From assembly GCA_027339965.1 (NCBI GenBank), contig DAHWNL010000088.1, positions 1 to 25,253 on the forward strand: a stretch of 25,253 nt of DNA, given 5' to 3'. Shown here piece by piece: positions 9,317 to 18,529 of the stretch (the stretch's first letter is position 1; each line of letters starts with the position of its first letter). A program made the translations under genes and the position numbers. Source of the DNA: Granulicella sp. Its GTDB lineage: Bacteria; Acidobacteriota; Terriglobia; Terriglobales; Acidobacteriaceae. The notes beneath the pieces are model-generated. The model did no database searches. It saw only the letters and a list, made by a program, of their open reading frames with translations, and had not been told where the DNA came from.

Positions 9317-10174
9317 CTATTCGAGCGCGGCCTGCTGGATCGGATTGGTGAGCCTACCGATGCCTTCGATGGTGATGGTCACGGTATCCCCATGGCGCAT
9401 GAAAAGGGGCGGCTCACGCTTGAAGCCGACGCCACCGGGGGTTCCTGTGGCGATGACGTCGCCAGGGGCGAGCGGGGTGAAGGCGGTGATGTAGGCCAAG
9501 ATACGAGGGATGGAAAAGATCATGTCGCCCAGGTGTCCGGACTGCACCAACTCTCCATTCAGGTGGGTCTGAATGGCCTTGCCGGGGAGATCCCCAGCCT
9601 CTTCCGGGGTGAGCATCTCCGGGCCAAAGCCGGCGGTGCGGGGAAAGTTCTTGCCCGGCGTGTACTGGCTGTTGTGAAGCTGCCAGTCGCGGATGGAACC
9701 GTCGTTGAGCAGGGAGTATCCGGCCACCAGGTCCATGGCCCGGTCTTCAGGTACGTGGCGTCCGGGCTTGCCGATGATGACCGCCAGCTCACCTTCAAAG
9801 TCGAAGGAGGAGGAGTTGGAGGGCAGCATCATGGGGGTGTTGTGGCCGGTGAGCGTATCGGCCCAGCGGGTAAAGAGCGTGGGATGGCTGGCGACGGGAC
9901 GTTGCGTCTCCAGGCGATGTTCCTCGTAGTTCAGGCCTACGCAGATGATTTTGGCGGGATTGGGAAGGACGGGGAGATAGGTGAACTCTCCGGCGGCGTA
10001 GTCGGTAGAGGTGGGGGCGGGCAGCGGAGCCAGTAGGCCGAGCGACTGGGCGGTCAGAAGAGAGCGAAGGTCGGGGAGGATCGAGCCGACGCGGACTCCA
10101 AGGTCAAAGACGCCGTCGGGCCGCGCGATTCCGTAGCTGGTGCGGCCCTCAGCGCGAAATGTGACATATGCCAT
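9317..10174 (-). CDS. Fumarylacetoacetate hydrolase (FAH) family protein
   Basis: KIICVGLNY, DFEGEL, NDGSIRDWQ, GKNF and GDVIATGTPGGVG. Confidence 0.93.
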   Translation of the reverse strand: MAYVTFRAEGRTSYGIARPDGVFDLGVRVGSILPDLRSLLTAQSLGLLAPLPAPTSTDYAAGEFTYLPVLPNPAKIICVGLNYEEHRLETQRPVASHPTLFTRWADTLTGHNTPMMLPSNSSSFDFEGELAVIIGKPGRHVPEDRAMDLVAGYSLLNDGSIRDWQLHNSQYTPGKNFPRTAGFGPEMLTPEEAGDLPGKAIQTHLNGELVQSGHLGDMIFSIPRILAYITAFTPLAPGDVIATGTPGGVGFKREPPLFMRHGDTVTITIEGIGRLTNPIQQAALE

Positions 10175-10388
10175 GAGAAATACCCTGCTTCAACTGGGAT
10201 GAGTTGTACCGAAGTGCATTCATTCTTCCATGATGGTAACGCATCGCGCAGAGAGAAGCCGCCCCGAGGGCGACGCTCCGCAAAGAGGCTGGGCTGGCGC
10301 CGCCACGCCGGGGTGACGCTGAACGATGCCAACCTTCGTTGGAATGCATTCCGCAGAGATATCGCGGGCCTTGACGCCGATGAGTGTT

Positions 10389-10417
10389 TTGCCGTGCAGA
10401 AAGAGCCGCCATATGCT
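10389..10417 (+). promoter_or_regulatory. Sigma70-like promoter for the small basic protein
   Basis: TTGCCG-N17-TATGCT. Confidence 0.4.
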
Positions 10418-10503
10418 CTCCTTGGAGGAACCTGCAACAGGGAAAATGGCTGGAGAGCAGAGATGTATTGACGCTGAGGGCTTGCAGCATAGAGGATTTC
10501 AGG

Positions 10504-10698
10504 ATGAGCGATTTTATTCCCAAGGCGGGCGGAGTGAAGGTCGGCGGACTGAGCCGTAAGGCGCAACGGTTGCAGGCGATGCGAGAGAAAGCTGCGGTCG
10601 TGAAATCTAGCGCGAAGCCAGAGCACGCGGCCCCGGCGGCGGCCAAAGCCAAGAGTTCGTTCGTCAAGAAGACCAGCTTCCAGCGCAAGGCGGTTTAG
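10504..10698 (+). CDS. Small basic Lys/Ala-rich protein (64 aa), hypothetical
   Basis: MSDFIPKAGG...KKTSFQRKAV, with GAGGA upstream of ATG 10504 and G/C-ending codon bias. Confidence 0.75.
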   Translation: MSDFIPKAGGVKVGGLSRKAQRLQAMREKAAVVKSSAKPEHAAPAAAKAKSSFVKKTSFQRKAV

Positions 10699-10713
10699 GC
10701 CGGTTCCTGTCCC

Positions 10714-11100
10714 TCAATAGGCTTGTGGCGGAGGTGGGTTCTGCCGTGGCTTGCGAGGGTGATGGAAGATATGGCCGATCCCTTTGCCGGTTCCTTTGAG
10801 GATCTTGCCGGTGCCTTTGCCCAGACCTGCGCCAATCTTTCCGGCTCCATCGCCGGAACCCTTATCAAGTCCGCCGGCCCCGTTGGCGCCATCGCGCCCG
10901 GCAGCGGGATTGGCTTTGGCCATGGGGGCGCGGGCAGCCGACGGGTTTGAAGCGGCTGGCGGAGGAGCACCTGCCTGCGGGGGCGCTGCCATGGGCGGGG
11001 CCGGTTGCTGACCGAGCGCCGTTCTGGCAAGCATGGCCGCTCCGCCAAGGAGCAAAACAAGGGAGAGGCTGAAGCGCAGATTGGAATAGGAAAAGCGCAT
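10714..11100 (-). CDS. Secreted Pro/Ala/Gly-rich hypothetical protein
   Basis: GGAGG 8 nt before ATG 11100, signal peptide ending ..ALG|QQ, and a glycine-periodic amphipathic segment (GAGKIGAGLGKGTGKILKGTGKGIG). Confidence 0.7.
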   Translation of the reverse strand: MRFSYSNLRFSLSLVLLLGGAAMLARTALGQQPAPPMAAPPQAGAPPPAASNPSAARAPMAKANPAAGRDGANGAGGLDKGSGDGAGKIGAGLGKGTGKILKGTGKGIGHIFHHPRKPRQNPPPPQAY

Positions 11101-11286
11101 AAGCAAACCTCCAACCTCTTGGATGCCAAGGGGATCGCGTAGGACAGCTATGCTGCGAGGGATTTGGCGAGCGAGGAGAAAAAACTTCTCTCGGGGAGGG
11201 TTCCGTCACGTGAGAAGGAAGTATGGCATTGGCTGCATTCTGTGCCGCGCGTAGGCTGGCCGGCCCGGGAAATTCAGTGGGTGCTT

Positions 11287-11402
11287 TATAGCATTTTCAG
11301 TGTTGCTGGGCACACCGGAGAGGGCGTGAAGTGGCGTTTTCATTGGGGAAAAAGCCCATGGAGGCCGAGGCGTCGCGTTACACCTGCACTGAAAACGCTT
11401 TA
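11287..11402. mobile_element. MITE-like element copy 1 (116 bp, TA at both ends)
   Basis: Terminal inverted repeats TATAGCATTTTCAGTGTTGCTG and CACCTGCACTGAAAACGCTTTA are complementary at 17 of 22 positions. No convincing coding capacity. Confidence 0.6.
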
Positions 11403-11430
11403 GCTGCCCGATGCCCCCGCTCCCCCTGGT

Positions 11431-11489
11431 TGTCTCGCGCAGGATCCTGTCTCCAGGATCCTGTCCCAAGGAACCGGTCGCAAGGATTC
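11431..11489. repeat. Degenerate ~14-bp tandem repeat (4 units)
   Basis: tgtctcgcgcaggatcc / tgtctccaggatcc / tgtcccaaggaacc / ggtcgcaaggattc, containing the palindrome CAGGATCCTG twice. Confidence 0.6.
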
Positions 11490-11645
11490 TGGGTTCCGGC
11501 AGGCTCCTCTGCTGGGGCGCCATGAAAAAGCCGCAGCAAGCCCGCGCCACAAGCCCGGCCCACAGGATTCGGTGATAGCCCAGGAGGCTCTGCTTGCAAA
11601 CAGATCCGCCGGCGCTTCAGCCCAGGTTTCCATCTGGAGACGGGG

Positions 11646-11798
11646 ATAGCATGTCCAGTGTTGTTCGGTTTCCCGAACAGGGCTTGCGATGGCATCTTCA
11701 TTCCACCCCAGCGGGCAAGCCCGCAGGGGACCCCGGTGGCTGGGGAAGACGCCCATCGGAGTCGAGGCTCCCTGTCCACCGAAACCGAAAGTGCTCTA
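11646..11798. mobile_element. Degenerate MITE-like element copy 2, overlapping the ahcY stop codon, with internal REP-like hairpin
   Basis: Left end ATAGCATGTCCAGTGTTG matches copy 1 at 16/18. Right end CACCGAAACCGAAAGTGCTCTA matches copy 1 at 15/22. Confidence 0.45.
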
Positions 11799-13247
11799 GT
11801 ACCGGTAATGCTCCGGCTTGAAGGGACCCTCGACGGGAACTCCCAGATAAGCCGCCTGTTTTTCAGTGAGGGTGGTCAACTTGACGCCGATCTTCTCCAA
11901 GTGCAGGCGGGCGACCTCCTCGTCCAGGTGCTTGGGGAGGATGTAGATTCCCACCTTGTACTTGTCTCGGTTCTTCCATAGGTCGAGTTGGGCCAGGGTC
12001 TGATTGGCAAAGCTGTTGGACATGACAAAACTGGGGTGGCCGGTGGCGCAGCCCAGGTTCACCAGTCGTCCTTCAGCGAGAACGAAGATGGAGTTGCCGT
12101 TCTTGAAGGTGTACTTATCCACCTGCGGCTTGATGTTCTCTTGCAGCGCGTCTCCCCGTTTGACCAATTCATGGAGCGGTTCCATCTGGATCTCGTTGTC
12201 AAAGTGACCGATGTTGCAGACGATCGCCTGATCCTTCATCTTCCGCATGTGTTCGACGGTGATGATGTCCACATTGCCGGTGCAGGTCACATAGATGTCG
12301 CCGCGCCCGAGGGTGTTTTCGAGGGTAGTGACCTCGTAGCCTTCCATGGCGGCCTGAAGCGCGTTGATGGGGTCGATTTCAGTAACCACCACGCGCGCCC
12401 CCATGCCGCGCAGGCTGGCGGCTGAGCCCTTGCCGACGTCGCCATAGCCGCAGACCACGGCTACCTTGCCGGCCACCATCACATCCGTGGCGCGTTTGAT
12501 GCCGTCCACCAATGACTCGCGGCAGCCGTATAGGTTGTCAAATTTGCTTTTTGTCACCGAGTCATTCACGTTGATGGCCGGCACCAGCAGCGTGCCCTTT
12601 TCCATCATCTTGTAGAGCCGATGAACGCCCGTCGTGGTCTCCTCCGAAACTCCGCGCCACTCTTTGGCCACCTCTGTCCAGCGCGTCGGACGCTCGGCAT
12701 GAATCTTCTTGAGCAGGGCCTTGATGACACTCTCTTCCTGCGAGGATGAGGGCGAGTCCACCCACTTGTCTCCGCGCTCCAACTCCACGCCCTTATGGAT
12801 TAAGAGGGTCGCGTCTCCGCCGTCGTCGACCACCAACTGCGGCCCCAGCAGCCCGCCTTTGCCGTCAGGGAAGCTGAGCGCCTGATAGGTGCACCACCAG
12901 AAATCCTCCAGGCTCTCTCCCTTCCAGGCGAAGACGGGAATCCCGGCGGCGGCGATAGCGGCTGCTGCGTGGTCCTGGGTGGAGAAGATGTTGCAACTGG
13001 CCCAGCGCACGTCCGCGCCCAGATCCACCAGCGTCTCGATTAATACCGCGGTCTGGATGGTCATGTGCAGGGAGCCGGAGATCCGCACGCCGGCCAGCGG
13101 CTTGGCTGCGGCATATTTATGCCGGATCGCCATCAATCCGGGCATCTCCTGCTCGGCAATGAGAATCTCCTTGCGTCCCCAATCGGCCAGGCCAATATCC
13201 GCCACTTTGTACCTGAGCTGCACCTCTTCGACCGTCGCTGTCGCCAT
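11796..13247 (-). CDS. ahcY: Adenosylhomocysteinase (SAH hydrolase)
   Basis: [60 protein letters not shown] and C-terminal KPEHYRY. AGGAG Shine-Dalgarno. Confidence 0.98.
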   Translation of the reverse strand: MATATVEEVQLRYKVADIGLADWGRKEILIAEQEMPGLMAIRHKYAAAKPLAGVRISGSLHMTIQTAVLIETLVDLGADVRWASCNIFSTQDHAAAAIAAAGIPVFAWKGESLEDFWWCTYQALSFPDGKGGLLGPQLVVDDGGDATLLIHKGVELERGDKWVDSPSSSQEESVIKALLKKIHAERPTRWTEVAKEWRGVSEETTTGVHRLYKMMEKGTLLVPAINVNDSVTKSKFDNLYGCRESLVDGIKRATDVMVAGKVAVVCGYGDVGKGSAASLRGMGARVVVTEIDPINALQAAMEGYEVTTLENTLGRGDIYVTCTGNVDIITVEHMRKMKDQAIVCNIGHFDNEIQMEPLHELVKRGDALQENIKPQVDKYTFKNGNSIFVLAEGRLVNLGCATGHPSFVMSNSFANQTLAQLDLWKNRDKYKVGIYILPKHLDEEVARLHLEKIGVKLTTLTEKQAAYLGVPVEGPFKPEHYRY

Positions 13248-13275
13248 TGAACTCTCCTGGAATAATCCTTCGTTA

Positions 13276-13284
13276 AGGGTATCA
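13276..13284 (-). promoter_or_regulatory. Extended -10 promoter element for ahcY
   Basis: TG-A-TACCCT, 28 nt upstream of the ATG. Confidence 0.4.
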
Positions 13285-13485
13285 AAGGTTTGGGCTGTCT
13301 ACAGCCGATGGGAGAGGCCGGCGGCAGGCGCGGAGGCACCGCCAAAGGGCCCGAGAGTGGTTGCAGCCGGTGTCAGGGGCATCACGCGGCGTCAGCGCGA
13401 TGGAACCGGCAGACGTAGCAAGGGTCAGGCGAAGATGGGAGGAAGCGAGATGGAGAGGCCGCCCCGTGGGCATGCCTGGGCGGTC

Positions 13486-14541
13486 TTACGAGAGAGCACG
13501 CTCCGAGCGACCGGAGATTTCGGCTGCCCGCGCCTCGGCAAAGGCCGCCGCGCCCAGCAACGCACAGGAGTCGTCCAGAATCACCCGCACGGGGATGGCG
13601 GCCAGCACGGATGAGAGCCTTCCCTTATCGACAAACGCACCGGCAAACTCTCCCGCTTCAAGGGTTTTGAGGATCTTGGGAGCAATGCCTCCTCCCAGGT
13701 AGATGCCCCCGGAGGCAAGTACCTTGAGCGCCAGATTGCCGGCCTCGGCGCCGTAGGCCGAGGCAAAGATGCGCAGTGTCTCCGCGCAGATGGCGCTCGA
13801 GCCATCCTCAGCGCACTGTCCGATCACCGCATTGGGGTCTTCCTGCTGCATGCGCTCGCGCAGCCAGGCCGGCTCTTCCATCCGCTGGTCGTCGCGCAAA
13901 AAGGCGTAGATGTTCTTAATGCCGATGCCGGAGACCACGCGTTCGAAGCTCACCCGTCCGCTCAGGATCTTGCGCAGATAGCGGAGCAAGGCAATCTCCT
14001 GATCGTTGCGCGCGGCAAAGTCGCAGTGCCCGCCCTCGGAGGGCAACGGCCGATGCTGCCTGGCCTTGGCATCCCATATTAACAGCGCTTCGCCCAGGCC
14101 GGTGCCGGCGGAGATCAGGCCGCGATGACCCTCGCCCGCGGGGTCACCCTTGATGAGCGTCATCACCTTGTCGGGCGCTAGCTCCGGGATTCCATAACCG
14201 TTGGCCGCCAGGTCGTTGATCAAAAAGATGTGCTGGATGCCAAGGGACTGCTCCAGCTCCCGCTCGTCGAGCGCCCAGGGAAGGTTGGTCAGCTTGATGC
14301 GGCCGTCGCGAACCGGACCGGGACAACCGAAGCAAGCGGCCGAGATCTCCTCTTGGATGACCGGCGGAATGCCGGGCAACGTATCTCCGGGCTGTTGCAG
14401 AAATGCCTTCACCACCTGGTCCAGAGCGGCGAACTCGCCGGAGTGGAACTTCTGGTCGCGAACCAGGGTCAACCGTCCACCGACAAAACCGTACAACGCA
14501 AGATGGACCTTGGTTCCACCCACATCGCCTGCAAGAATCAT
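13486..14541 (-). CDS. glk: Glucokinase (E. coli Glk family)
   Basis: LAGDVGGTK, KLTNLPW, LIND, AGTGLGEA, SEGGHCDF, ERVVSG.G and GGIYLGGGIAPKI. GGAGG Shine-Dalgarno. Confidence 0.95.
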   Translation of the reverse strand: MILAGDVGGTKVHLALYGFVGGRLTLVRDQKFHSGEFAALDQVVKAFLQQPGDTLPGIPPVIQEEISAACFGCPGPVRDGRIKLTNLPWALDERELEQSLGIQHIFLINDLAANGYGIPELAPDKVMTLIKGDPAGEGHRGLISAGTGLGEALLIWDAKARQHRPLPSEGGHCDFAARNDQEIALLRYLRKILSGRVSFERVVSGIGIKNIYAFLRDDQRMEEPAWLRERMQQEDPNAVIGQCAEDGSSAICAETLRIFASAYGAEAGNLALKVLASGGIYLGGGIAPKILKTLEAGEFAGAFVDKGRLSSVLAAIPVRVILDDSCALLGAAAFAEARAAEISGRSERALS

Positions 14542-14763
14542 TTGGAATCGCCTCCCCTGGGCTCAAGCGCCCAGGCCATTTGAGCATCAAGTTCCCGTGC
14601 TTCTCGATCCTCCGCCGTGGAGAGGAGCGCGCCGGAGCCGGCGTTCTTCGGCATCGGGCCTGGAAGACACGCCCCCGGAAACCGCGGCTCAGGGCATGTC
14701 AAAGCATAAGGAGATCCGGCTCTGCTTCGCTTTGCCGAACCACTTCACTCTACACTGTCCTTC

Positions 14764-15561
14764 TCATCGATCGAGCCTGCCCACCAGACATCCCATCGTA
14801 CTGGGTTCTCCGGGCGGCAGTTTGGCCGCAGCCGCCTGATCAAGCTGAAAGAGAAGGCTACCGCTTGCGGGCCGGATCAGTTGCGAGGGCAATCGCTCTG
14901 GATCGCGCGGACCCAGGAGAACCTGGGAGAGAATCTCGGTCTTGGCCGCACCCGCCACCTCGAAGACTACCTCCGCGGCGTGATTGATCACCATCCAGGT
15001 GAGGCTGATGCGCCAGGTGTTCATCTGCGGGACGTGGTTGGCCACCACCAGCCGGCTCATCTCATGCAAGGCCGCTGTGTGGGGAAACAGAGAGGCAGTG
15101 TGTCCATCGGGTCCCATCCCCAGGGCGAGCAGATCAAAGCGCGGCAGTTCGGCGCCTTCCAGTTTGAGCGCATGGCGCAGAGCGCTCTCATAGCGGCTGG
15201 CGGCTACCTCCGGCTCCAGCTCGCCCTCCATACGGAAGATGTTTGCCGCCGGAATAGGCACCTTGCTGAGCAGCAACTCCCGGCAGACGCCGTAGTTGGA
15301 CTGCGGACTCTCGGGGCCGACGCAGCGTTCATCTACCCAGAACAGCAGCAACTTCTCCCACGGCACAGTGGCAGCGAAGGGTTCGGCCGCGAGCAGTTTG
15401 AAGGCGGCCTGGGGCGTGCTTCCGCCGGAGATGGCCACTCGCGCGACTCCGCGCCGATCCACCGCCTGCTTCACTCTGTCAGCAAACATCCGCGCCGAGG
15501 CGAGTTCCATCTCTGCCTGCGTCGGCCAAACCTGATACGTCACCTTTATGGACTGTGCCAT
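14764..15561 (-). CDS. pgl: 6-phosphogluconolactonase (DevB type)
   Basis: ISGGSTP, FWVDERCV, SNY, LGMGPDGHTASLFP and RISLT. Start at 15561 after GGAGAGG. Confidence 0.95.
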   Translation of the reverse strand: MAQSIKVTYQVWPTQAEMELASARMFADRVKQAVDRRGVARVAISGGSTPQAAFKLLAAEPFAATVPWEKLLLFWVDERCVGPESPQSNYGVCRELLLSKVPIPAANIFRMEGELEPEVAASRYESALRHALKLEGAELPRFDLLALGMGPDGHTASLFPHTAALHEMSRLVVANHVPQMNTWRISLTWMVINHAAEVVFEVAGAAKTEILSQVLLGPRDPERLPSQLIRPASGSLLFQLDQAAAAKLPPGEPSTMGCLVGRLDR

Positions 15562-15808
15562 TAACCTCTCCTGTAACATCTCCTGCGTGCCTGGCTGGGA
15601 TAAGAGGCCAGAGAAGGAACGCTGGGCTGCAACCTCCGCTGCTGAACCGACCCTCTCTGCTCTGCTCCTCGGCGTTGATTGTCTTCGTTATGGAACCGTC
15701 TTTCCGAAAACGCTTCTTCCCGAGAGGGCCCAGGAGAGCTTCTTTCTTTTAGGCAGGATGCTCCCAGGAAAGCCGCAGTCTGACGGACGGCCGGAAGGAG
15801 ACCGTCCG

Positions 15809-17353
15809 TCAGAGTTTGAACCACTTCCTGCGGTCCTTGAGCAAAAGCGCATCGGAGGCGGCCGGACCCCAGCTACCCGCCTCGTAGTTGGGGAAGTCAT
15901 GCGGTGGACGCTTGGCCCACTCCTCCAGAATGGGGGTCATCAAAGCCCAGGTGGCTTCCACGCCGGAGCGGTGAGCGAATAACGTTCCGTCGCCCAGCAT
16001 CGCATCCAGCAACAGCCGCTCGTAGCCGTTGGCGTTGCTCATGCCGAAGCTCTCGGCATAGCTGAAGTGCATCTCCACGGGCATTACGTTCGTGGTGGGG
16101 CCGGGCACCTTGGCGCCGAACATGAGGGAGATGCCCTCATCGGGCTGGATGCGGATCTTGAGCACGTTGGGCTGAACCTGGGTTCTGGCGTCAGAGCTTT
16201 TGAACATGTGCAGCGGGGGCTGTTTGAAGACGACCGTAACCTCCGTGACTCGCTTGGCCAGCCGCTTGCCAGCGCGCACATAGATGGGCACACCCGCCCA
16301 GCGCCAGTTCTCGATCTGGAGTTTCATGGCAACGAAGGTCTCGGTGTTGGACTCCGGGTCCACGCGATCTTCTTCGCGATACCCGATCACCTTTTCGCCA
16401 TCTACCCGGCCAGGGCCGTATTGACCGCGCACCGTATCCTCCACCTCGATCGGGTCAATAGCGGTCCATACCTTCAGCTTCTCGGCGCGAACGGAGCTGG
16501 CGTCAAAGCTATCGGGCGGCTCCATGGCCACAAAGCTGAGCACCTCCATCACATGGTTCTGCAGAACGTCGCGCAGCGCCCCGGCCTTTTCATAAAAGGG
16601 CCCACGGCCCTCAATCCCGATGGACTCGACGGCGGTGATCTCAACATGGTCAATAAAGTTGCGGTTCCAGATCGGCTCGAAGATCCCATTGCCAAAGCGG
16701 AACACCAGGATGTTTTGAACCGTCTCCTTGCCCAGATAATGGTCGATGCGAAAGATCTGATCCTCGTGCAAAACCCGATTGATCGCATCGTTGAGCTCTC
16801 TTGCCGAGCGCAGGTCGGTTCCAAAGGGCTTCTCGATGATCACATGCATCCACTGGCCGGGAGCCTTGGAGACGGTCATCTCATGCTTGCCCAGGCGGTC
16901 CGTAATATCCGCAAAGTACTCCGGCGCCACTGCCAGATAGAACAGACGGTTGCCCTTGGTGCCCAGCTTGTCGTCGATGACCGCCAGGAATCCCTTCAGC
17001 TTCTCGTATCCCGCATCGTCATCAAAGTTGGTGGTGAAGTAGTTGACTCGATCCATGAACTCCTTCAGGTCCGGATCATCGGCCTCCACGCCACCTCCCT
17101 TGACTATCCCATCCTTCATATCGGCTGAAAACCGCGCGGAGATATCTCTTCGCGCCACTCCGACCACCGCGAACTGTTGTGGTAGCAGCCCCTCCTGCTC
17201 CAGGTGGAACAAGGCGGGAAGCAGCTTGCGCTTGGTCAGATCCCCGGAGGCTCCAAAGATGACGACAATACAGGGATCCGGAACTCTCTCCTGCCGTTTC
17301 ACGCTGGGCTCTGTTCCGATCTGCATCTCGTGACTCCTCACTACACTTGGCAT
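15809..17353 (-). CDS. zwf: Glucose-6-phosphate 1-dehydrogenase
   Basis: GASGDLTKRKL, EKPFG, RIDHYLGKE and RWAGVP. An alternative start lies at 17326. Confidence 0.97.
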   Translation of the reverse strand: MPSVVRSHEMQIGTEPSVKRQERVPDPCIVVIFGASGDLTKRKLLPALFHLEQEGLLPQQFAVVGVARRDISARFSADMKDGIVKGGGVEADDPDLKEFMDRVNYFTTNFDDDAGYEKLKGFLAVIDDKLGTKGNRLFYLAVAPEYFADITDRLGKHEMTVSKAPGQWMHVIIEKPFGTDLRSARELNDAINRVLHEDQIFRIDHYLGKETVQNILVFRFGNGIFEPIWNRNFIDHVEITAVESIGIEGRGPFYEKAGALRDVLQNHVMEVLSFVAMEPPDSFDASSVRAEKLKVWTAIDPIEVEDTVRGQYGPGRVDGEKVIGYREEDRVDPESNTETFVAMKLQIENWRWAGVPIYVRAGKRLAKRVTEVTVVFKQPPLHMFKSSDARTQVQPNVLKIRIQPDEGISLMFGAKVPGPTTNVMPVEMHFSYAESFGMSNANGYERLLLDAMLGDGTLFAHRSGVEATWALMTPILEEWAKRPPHDFPNYEAGSWGPAASDALLLKDRRKWFKL

Positions 17354-17563
17354 CTACCGCTCCTTGGATCTCCTCAGATCTCTCAGTGGTTCGCAATACG
17401 AACCATTCTTGCCGGGTTATGAACAGTGAAGGGCAGCCGGCTTGCACTACGCTTCCAACGGTTTACAGAGTGGACGATCTGTGGCTAGCGAGGGTTTCGT
17501 TTTCGGGTTCGGGGCTCCGGAGCGGGAGCAGGCGCCGCCTCCGGAGTCCCCGAGGGAAAGCTC

Positions 17564-18469
17564 TCAGGCCTTTTTGACGGCATGCCCGCCGAACTCATGG
17601 CGCATGACCGAAAGCATCCTGTCGGTGAAGTTATCGTCTTCGCGCGAGCGCACTCGGCGGATGAGCGACTCGGTGATCACGGGCGCGGAGACATTCAGGT
17701 CGATGGCCTCAAAGACCGTCCAGCGCCCCTCGCCCGAGTCTGGGACGTAGGGCTCCAAGCCATCCAGCGTGGGGTTCTTCTGCAGGGCGTCGGCGGTGAG
17801 GTCCAGCAGCCAGGAGCGGATCACCGATCCATAACGCCAGATGTTGGCGATCTGGCGGAGATCGAGGTTCAGCGAGTGTTTGGAGTTCATGATGGAGAAC
17901 CCCTCCGCGTAGGCTTGCATCAGGCCATACTCGATGCCGTTATGCACCATCTTGACGAAGTGGCCTGCGCCACTCGGCCCGGTGTGTCCCCAGCCCATAT
18001 TCGCTCCCGGCGCCAAGGCTTCAAAGATTGGCCGGAGATGCTCCACGACACTCTCGTCGCCGCCCACCATCATCGAATAACCCTCGGTGATGCCCCAGAT
18101 GCCGCCCGAGGTGCCCACGTCAACAAACTCGAATCCCTGGGGCTTGAGTTGCGCGTAACGCCGTTGCGAGTCCTTGTAGTTGGAGTTGCCGCCGTCGATG
18201 AAGATATCGCCCTTTTCCATCAGCGGCTTCAACTTTGCAATGGTATCGTCCACCGGATCTCCGGCCGGCACCATGATCCAGATGGCGCGCGGCGCACTCA
18301 GATGCTGAACCAGCTCCTGCAAGGAGCTGACGCCCACAGAGCCGGCATCGGTCAGCCGTTGCACGGCTTCGGCGGAGAAGTCGAATCCCACCACTTTATG
18401 GCCGGCGCGGCGCAAACGCTCCGCCATATTGCCGCCCATCTTCCCAAGTCCAATCAGACCAAGTTCCAT
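17564..18469 (-). CDS. gnd: 6-phosphogluconate dehydrogenase, decarboxylating, short (GntZ/YqeC-like) form
   Basis: GLGKMG, MVPAG, DGGNS, DVGTSGG, KMVHNGIEYG, DSGEGRWT and FGGHAVK. Confidence 0.95.
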   Translation of the reverse strand: MELGLIGLGKMGGNMAERLRRAGHKVVGFDFSAEAVQRLTDAGSVGVSSLQELVQHLSAPRAIWIMVPAGDPVDDTIAKLKPLMEKGDIFIDGGNSNYKDSQRRYAQLKPQGFEFVDVGTSGGIWGITEGYSMMVGGDESVVEHLRPIFEALAPGANMGWGHTGPSGAGHFVKMVHNGIEYGLMQAYAEGFSIMNSKHSLNLDLRQIANIWRYGSVIRSWLLDLTADALQKNPTLDGLEPYVPDSGEGRWTVFEAIDLNVSAPVITESLIRRVRSREDDNFTDRMLSVMRHEFGGHAVKKA

Positions 18470-18515
18470 AGAAGTATCCGCCCTCGTGCGGAAAAGTACC
18501 ATTTAGAGAGTAAAC

Positions 18516-18529
18516 GCAATCGTTGTCAA
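18516..18529 (-). promoter_or_regulatory. -35 TTGACA overlapped by LacI-family operator-like site upstream of gnd
   Basis: Minus strand TTGACAACGATTGC has a central CG. The -10 is ambiguous (TAAATG at 18-nt spacing, or TG-G-TACTTT). Confidence 0.4.

Noticed and set aside
10435..10451. CAACAGGGAAAATG as a further MITE end
   Set aside because: It is only a partial match and I found no partner inverted repeat.
13248..13485. SAH or SAM riboswitch upstream of ahcY
   Set aside because: No GAGGRGCGCUGC/CAGGCUCGG or SAM-I core is visible, and the candidate -10 leaves only a ~20-nt leader.
14556..14585. Possible pseudoknot before the glk Shine-Dalgarno
   Set aside because: The two stems would need a zero-length third loop. 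Only a simple CCTGGGC/GCCCAGG hairpin is credible, and it does not cover the SD.
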